A model generated the notes under the pieces. The model had not been told where the DNA came from. It did not search any database and saw nothing but the letters and a program-made list of their open reading frames with translations. DNA of 64,000 nt, taken from the NCBI GenBank assembly GCA_044225365.1, contig JBGAIQ010000006.1, forward strand, positions 96,001 through 160,000, written 5' to 3'. How positions within the stretch are numbered: position 1 is the stretch's first letter; the number at the start of each line of letters is the position of its first letter. This DNA comes from Planctomycetota bacterium. Its GTDB lineage: Bacteria; Planctomycetota; B15-G4; JADJEK01. Below, one piece after another: positions 58,957 through 64,000 of the stretch. A program made the position numbers and the translations under genes.

Positions 58957-59880
58957 ATGTTCGATTCAACGGGTACGCGCCGAAACGTCCGTGTTTCGCG
59001 ATGGATCGCCGTCGCGTCGCTCGCGGCATCCCTGTTCGGGGTCGCCGGGATCGCCAGCGCTCAGGTCGGCAAGCCGATCCCCCACCCGCCGAAGCTGCCC
59101 CCGAATCCGCTGAAGCAGAACCCGTACAAGAAGAGTTGGCTGAATCGCGACAAGAACGCGCCGTCCAACACCAAGTCGGCGGACGACAAAACGCCGGTCG
59201 CGGCGGTCGGCAACTTCGATCTCGGCCAACGCATTCGCTGCGATCTGCCGAACAAGGGCTCGCGCGGAACCGCGCGCTTCAAAGCGATCAAGGGAACGAA
59301 GGTCAGCTTCTCCGCGGCGACCACCGGCAAGGTCGGCAAATCGACCGTCAGCCTGACGAAGGAGGACGGGTCGATCGTCGCTCCCTTCAAGCAGGATGGC
59401 CGACGCTTCGAGATCGTCGACGTCGAGATCCCCGAGAGCGGCGCGTATCACGTGAAGTTCCTGCATGACGGCGACGGAGCCGTGCAGTTCGTGATGGGGA
59501 CCCGCGCCGAGATCCCCGAGACGTTCGAATCCACCCTCGGGATCGCCACCGACGGCGCGCGAAAGGTCGAGATCCCCGGTGGCGAGGGTCGCTCGATCCG
59601 GAGCATCGAGATCGTTCCCGTCGCTCCTGGCGAGACGATCGATGCCCGCGTCACGATCACCGACGACCACCACGAGAAGATCGCTTCGCTCGAGGGTTTC
59701 GGACTGAAGCCGTTGAAGCCCGATCTCGAGATCGCGAGGGCGATCTCGATCGATCAGTACATCTCGTATCAGTGCGACGTCTGGCTGGTGCGCGGAACCT
59801 CACCGCAATCCGCGATCGTGCGGGTTCACTTCGTGAATCCGCCGAGCGCGACGGGTACGGTCGATCTGCGCGTGCCGTGA
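58957..59880 (+). CDS. Secreted hypothetical protein
   Basis: AAGGAG RBS, signal peptide (ASA-Q), Pro-rich linker, beta-rich body. Confidence 0.7.
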   Translation: MFDSTGTRRNVRVSRWIAVASLAASLFGVAGIASAQVGKPIPHPPKLPPNPLKQNPYKKSWLNRDKNAPSNTKSADDKTPVAAVGNFDLGQRIRCDLPNKGSRGTARFKAIKGTKVSFSAATTGKVGKSTVSLTKEDGSIVAPFKQDGRRFEIVDVEIPESGAYHVKFLHDGDGAVQFVMGTRAEIPETFESTLGIATDGARKVEIPGGEGRSIRSIEIVPVAPGETIDARVTITDDHHEKIASLEGFGLKPLKPDLEIARAISIDQYISYQCDVWLVRGTSPQSAIVRVHFVNPPSATGTVDLRVP

Positions 59881-59905
59881 CGACGCCGCGTTCGTCGCAT
59901 CGTCG

Positions 59906-60739
59906 ATGAGATGCGTCGTCACCGGCGGCAACGCCGGAATCGGGCGCGCCACCGTCGCGGGACTCCTGCTCGCGCAGGCCGAAGTGACGATGATCTGTCG
60001 GGACCGCGCACGCGGCGAATCCGCGCAGCGCGAACTCGAGCGCGAAACCGGAAGACGCCCCGATCTTCATCTCGCCGATCTCGCCCATCTGCGCGACGTG
60101 GAAAGCGCCGGCAAGGACATCGCCGACCGATACGGAGCGGTCGATGTCCTGATCAACAACGCTGCGATCCTGCCGAAGCGCCGTGAAACGAGCCGCGATG
60201 GTTTCGAACTGCAATTCGCCGTCAATCATCTCGCGTACGTCGCACTCACGAACGCGCTCCTCCCCGCGCTCGAGAAGAGCGGCGCGGGACGCGTCGTGAT
60301 CGTCGCCTCGAACGCGCATCGGCGCGCCACGCTCGATCTCGACGACCTGCAGGCGAAACGTCGCTACCGCGCTGGACGGCAGTATTGCGCGACGAAGCTG
60401 ATGAACGTGCTGTTCTCGAATGCCCTCGCCAGACGGGTTCGGAACGTCACGGTGAACAGCCTGCACCCCGGCGTGATCGGAACGGGACTCCTCTTGAACT
60501 ACCTGCCGCTCGGTTTCCTCCTTCGCCCGGTCATCGGACTGCTTGCCGACGAACCGAAGAACGGCGCGAAGACCTCGCTCCACCTTGCGCTGTCGCAAGA
60601 CGTCGCGAGCACCACGGGGAAGTACTTCCAGGATTGCGTCGAGACCACGCCATCGAGCGCGGCGCTGGATGCGGAACTGCAATCGAAGCTCTACGATCGG
60701 ACGCTTTCGATCCTCGAGGCGGCTCGCACCTCGAAGTAA
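59906..60739 (+). CDS. SDR oxidoreductase (retinol-dehydrogenase-like)
   Basis: TGGNAGIG, LINNAA, YCATK (YxxxK), LHPG. Confidence 0.93.
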   Translation: MRCVVTGGNAGIGRATVAGLLLAQAEVTMICRDRARGESAQRELERETGRRPDLHLADLAHLRDVESAGKDIADRYGAVDVLINNAAILPKRRETSRDGFELQFAVNHLAYVALTNALLPALEKSGAGRVVIVASNAHRRATLDLDDLQAKRRYRAGRQYCATKLMNVLFSNALARRVRNVTVNSLHPGVIGTGLLLNYLPLGFLLRPVIGLLADEPKNGAKTSLHLALSQDVASTTGKYFQDCVETTPSSAALDAELQSKLYDRTLSILEAARTSK

Positions 60740-60760
60740 CCGTGAAGCCCAAGGTCTTCC

Positions 60761-62065
60761 ATGGCGATGGTTCCAAAGTCCCAGCTCGCAGCGCACGATG
60801 CGGCCCGCCGCCGATTCCTCGCGACCACGGCGGCTGCGTGCGCTCTGCCGCTCGTCGGCAGTGAGCTCGCCGATGCGCGCGCCGCCGCCGAGGAACAGTT
60901 CCCCGAACTCGTCGACGAGCGAGGAGCGCTCGAAGGCATCCGTCCCGAAGAACGCGCGGCGCGGCGGAAGCGACTCGGCGAGATCCTCGCGAAGAACCAA
61001 CTCGACGCCTACCTGTGCGAGGACGGTCCCACTCTCCATTATCTCGCGGGAATCAACTGGGGCCTCTCGGAACGGATCTTCGCGCTCGTCGTCCTCGCCG
61101 ACGGATCGCACTTCTTCCTCTCGCCCGCCTTCGAGGCGGAGAAGGCACGCCTGCGCATCGAGGGCAAGGATGGCCCCGGCGGCGAGATCGTCGCCTGGAA
61201 CGAAGACGAGTACGCCTGGAAGCCGCTCGCGGCCGCGCTCAAGAAGCGCGGCGCCGAGCGGGTCGCGGTCGATCCCTACCTCCGATTCTTCGCCGCCAAC
61301 AACCTTGCACGCGAGATCGGCGCGGCCAATGTCGTCTCGGGACAAAACGTTCGCACCGAGCTTCGCGGAGTGAAGGACCGTCGCGAGATCGAGCTGTTGC
61401 GACGCGCCTGCGAACTCACGCAGAAGGCACTCGGCGCCACCGCGAAGCGCGTGAAGATCGGGATGACGGGCGCGGAGATATCGCTCCTCATCGATACGGC
61501 CCTCAAGAAGACCGGACTCACGAGCACGTGGAACCTGTCGCTCGTCGGTCCCGCGGCGGCCTACCCGCATGGCGGCTCGTCGTCCGCAAGATTGGAGAAG
61601 GGCCAATTCCTGCTCATCGATTGTGGTGGCGAGTATCACGAGTACCAGAGCGACAACACGCGGACGTGGTGCGTCGAAGGTCCGCCCGATCCTGAAGCGT
61701 TGAAAGCCTGGCACGCCGTCTATGACGCGCAGCGTCGCGCCTTCGATGTGGCGGCGGCGGGGAAGGTCTGCGGCGACATCGATCGCGCCGCTCGCGAGGC
61801 GATCGAACGCGCTGGATTCCAGAGCGACTACAAGAACTTCACGCATCGCCTCGGCCACGGCATCGGAATGGAAGGTCATGAAGACCCGTATTTCGACAAG
61901 GGCAGCAAGGTCGTGCTCGAGCCGGGCATGACGCTCTCGAACGAGCCCGGCCTCTACTTCCTTGGACGATTCGGCATCCGCCTCGAGGACATCCTGCTCG
62001 TCACGAAGAACGGCAGTGAGTGCTTCGGCGCGCCGCAAAACGTTCCGGATCGTCCGGTCGGCTGA
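60761..62065 (+). CDS. M24 Xaa-Pro peptidase, Tat-exported
   Basis: ARRRFL, YQSD.TRT, HRLGHGIGMEGHE, SNEPGLY, GIRLED. Confidence 0.93.
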   Translation: MAMVPKSQLAAHDAARRRFLATTAAACALPLVGSELADARAAAEEQFPELVDERGALEGIRPEERAARRKRLGEILAKNQLDAYLCEDGPTLHYLAGINWGLSERIFALVVLADGSHFFLSPAFEAEKARLRIEGKDGPGGEIVAWNEDEYAWKPLAAALKKRGAERVAVDPYLRFFAANNLAREIGAANVVSGQNVRTELRGVKDRREIELLRRACELTQKALGATAKRVKIGMTGAEISLLIDTALKKTGLTSTWNLSLVGPAAAYPHGGSSSARLEKGQFLLIDCGGEYHEYQSDNTRTWCVEGPPDPEALKAWHAVYDAQRRAFDVAAAGKVCGDIDRAAREAIERAGFQSDYKNFTHRLGHGIGMEGHEDPYFDKGSKVVLEPGMTLSNEPGLYFLGRFGIRLEDILLVTKNGSECFGAPQNVPDRPVG

Positions 62066-62078
62066 AACGAACCGACCC

Positions 62079-62621
62079 ATGGGAATCCTCGACCTCTTCC
62101 GTCGCGACAAGTCGGGCCTGCTCATTCGCTGCGCGATGTGCAAGGTGCACACGACGTATCCGCTCACGCAGAGAAACGAGTTCGTCGTCCATTCGTGCGA
62201 TGCCGACATCCTCGTTCGAGAACGCGACGAGTCTGCGGACGAAGCCGCGCTCGACCACTTCGTCAAGGCCTACGAGAAGGGTCCGCCGGAGAGCGACGAT
62301 CTCGTCGCCCTGCGGGATCGACTGCTCTACGAAACGGGCGAAGGCGCGATCCCCGGGCTCGAGGATCTGCTCTATCGCATCAAGTACGAGCTCGGCGAGC
62401 CCTGGCCCTTCTCCGAGATCTCACGCCGCGTCGCGGACGTGAAGGCGATCCCGCTCCGCATCGACTGGGGCAACGAACTCGAGATGGTGCTGCATCGCAT
62501 GAAGAAGTTCGCGATCACACAGCGGCAGTTCACCAGCGTGGCTCCAAGTGCGCGCCCGATCCTCGCCGACAAACTCGCTCGATTGAAGAAGGAGCCCTTG
62601 GTCCCGCTCGAAGAGGATTGA
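62079..62621 (+). CDS. Hypothetical protein with N-terminal CxxC
   Basis: 180-aa ORF with typical codon usage; CAMCK...HSC. Confidence 0.7.
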   Translation: MGILDLFRRDKSGLLIRCAMCKVHTTYPLTQRNEFVVHSCDADILVRERDESADEAALDHFVKAYEKGPPESDDLVALRDRLLYETGEGAIPGLEDLLYRIKYELGEPWPFSEISRRVADVKAIPLRIDWGNELEMVLHRMKKFAITQRQFTSVAPSARPILADKLARLKKEPLVPLEED

Positions 62622-62738
62622 AACGAACTTCACTTTGAACTCGAAGAGGGTCCAAGTAGAACGTTCCGTTCCACGGAAACGACTCGTTCGTGAATTCCGA
62701 AGACGCGCGAGGCGCGGGAATTCGCACCCCCACCCCAC

Positions 62739-63689
62739 ATGATGCTTCGCCGCAAATTCCTCGTCGCTGGTCTCATCGTCGCCGGTCTCGGTTACGGCGC
62801 GTTCAAGGTCCATCAGAAGTACGTACCGGATCCGGCCGCGAGCCATGCGATCCCGGCGTTCACGATTCCGCCGAAGAAGCCGGGCGAGACCTACATACGC
62901 TTCTTCGCCTTCGGCGATTCGGGTACGGGCGGCAAGGGGCAGAAGAAGGTGGCGGAGGCGATGCAGGCCAATGTCGCCGAGGGCCTCGACTTCATCATCC
63001 TGCTCGGGGACAACTTCTATCCCGACGGCGTGAAGACCGCCGACGATCCGCTCTGGAGGCCCTATATCGCCGAGCCCTACGAGGTCTTCGGCAGGCCGAT
63101 CTATCCGAGCCTCGGCAATCACGATCACAACGGGAATTGGCAGGCGCAGGTCGACCACAGCAAGCTCGACTCGCTGTGGCGAATGCCCGCCGCGTATTAC
63201 ACGATGACGCAGGCGCTCGGCGATGGCCAGGAAGCGCTCTTCGTCGCGATCGACTCCGACTCGATCGGCAACAAGGCGGCGGGCGGCGACACGCAGAGGG
63301 CGTGGCTCGAACAGGTACTGAAGGCTTCGACGGCGCGCTGGAAGATCGTCTACGGCCACCATCCGCTGTATTCGACCGGTGAGCATGGCGATCGCGATTC
63401 GATCCGCGGCCGGCTCGAGAAGATCTTCGTCGACAACGAGGTCGACCTCTACTTCTGCGGCCACGATCACTCGCTTCAGTTCATCGGAGACCGCTCGGGA
63501 GTTCGCTACGTGGTCTCCGGCGGCGGCGGTGGAGAGGACAACGCGACGAACGTCGACTGGCGCGACGACATCCAGTACGCCGCGACGCGCGGCGGCTTCG
63601 TCGCGGCGCGCTTGTCGAAGGACGAGTGCGTGCTCGAGTACATCCGTCCCGATGGGAAGGTCCAGTACGCGACGTCGTGGACCAAGTGA
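62739..63689 (+). CDS. Metallophosphoesterase (purple/tartrate-resistant acid phosphatase-like)
   Basis: GDSG, GDNFY, GNHD, GHHP, CGHDH. Confidence 0.93.
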   Translation: MMLRRKFLVAGLIVAGLGYGAFKVHQKYVPDPAASHAIPAFTIPPKKPGETYIRFFAFGDSGTGGKGQKKVAEAMQANVAEGLDFIILLGDNFYPDGVKTADDPLWRPYIAEPYEVFGRPIYPSLGNHDHNGNWQAQVDHSKLDSLWRMPAAYYTMTQALGDGQEALFVAIDSDSIGNKAAGGDTQRAWLEQVLKASTARWKIVYGHHPLYSTGEHGDRDSIRGRLEKIFVDNEVDLYFCGHDHSLQFIGDRSGVRYVVSGGGGGEDNATNVDWRDDIQYAATRGGFVAARLSKDECVLEYIRPDGKVQYATSWTK

Positions 63690-63705
63690 GACTCGGGGAA
63701 TTGGC

Positions 63706-64000
63706 TCAGCGGCCGGAATCGACCTCGTCGCGATCGATTCGCTGATAGGACGTGCGAACGCCCGGCCCGATCTCGGTGTCGTAGCTCTTCAGATCCGCAA
63801 GGTCGACGCGCGCGCGAAACCAGCCGGGAGGTGCGGCGACGGGGACATCGATGAAGCCCTCGGCATCGATCGTCACGCGGAGTTGAATGTCCGCGAGGAG
63901 ATCGCCGTCGTGCGAGCTGAGGCGCAGTCGCACCGGCACCGCACTCGGGACCTTCCATTCCCAGCCGTCGTGCAGCCTGGCCTGCAGATGCGTCTCGGCG
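63706..64000 (-). CDS. 3' part of a hypothetical gene running off the window
   Basis: The frame stays open from the window end (AETHLQARLHDGWEWKVPSAVPVRL...) to the stop at 63706. Confidence 0.55.
   Translation of the reverse strand, partial: AETHLQARLHDGWEWKVPSAVPVRLRLSSHDGDLLADIQLRVTIDAEGFIDVPVAAPPGWFRARVDLADLKSYDTEIGPGVRTSYQRIDRDEVDSGR

Overview
A very GC-rich bacterial window. The ECF sigma architectures, sulfatase, DUF1080 and Rpn-type repeats suggest Planctomycetota or a relative (inference). It is mostly ordinary metabolic, transport and regulatory genes: dgcN-dgcA, corA, a sulfatase, glnA, an SPFH protein, surE plus two ECF sigma factors, kup, an MFS transporter, sahR-like/ahcY, a di-haem cytochrome, a DPP-IV peptidase, a fatty-acid modification (ufa/cfa-type) operon and an ECF sigma/RskA pair. 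The standout is a tightly coupled four-gene array (51305-57440) of divergent 'half-ClpC' proteins. Each has a double Clp-N domain plus only the first AAA+ module, each stops at about the same D1/D2 boundary, and all four have Walker B 'DD' in place of the catalytic 'DE'. Also notable are a scrambled triplication of an Rpn-type C-terminal module at the window start, a ~185-bp covarying structured repeat in inverted orientation around a REP-like doublet, two more REP-like families, and a shared ECF-like promoter motif linking the sigma gene to the lipid operon. No rRNA, tRNA, CRISPR array or intact transposase was seen. Gene starts were chosen by eye and family calls come from motif recognition, not database searches.
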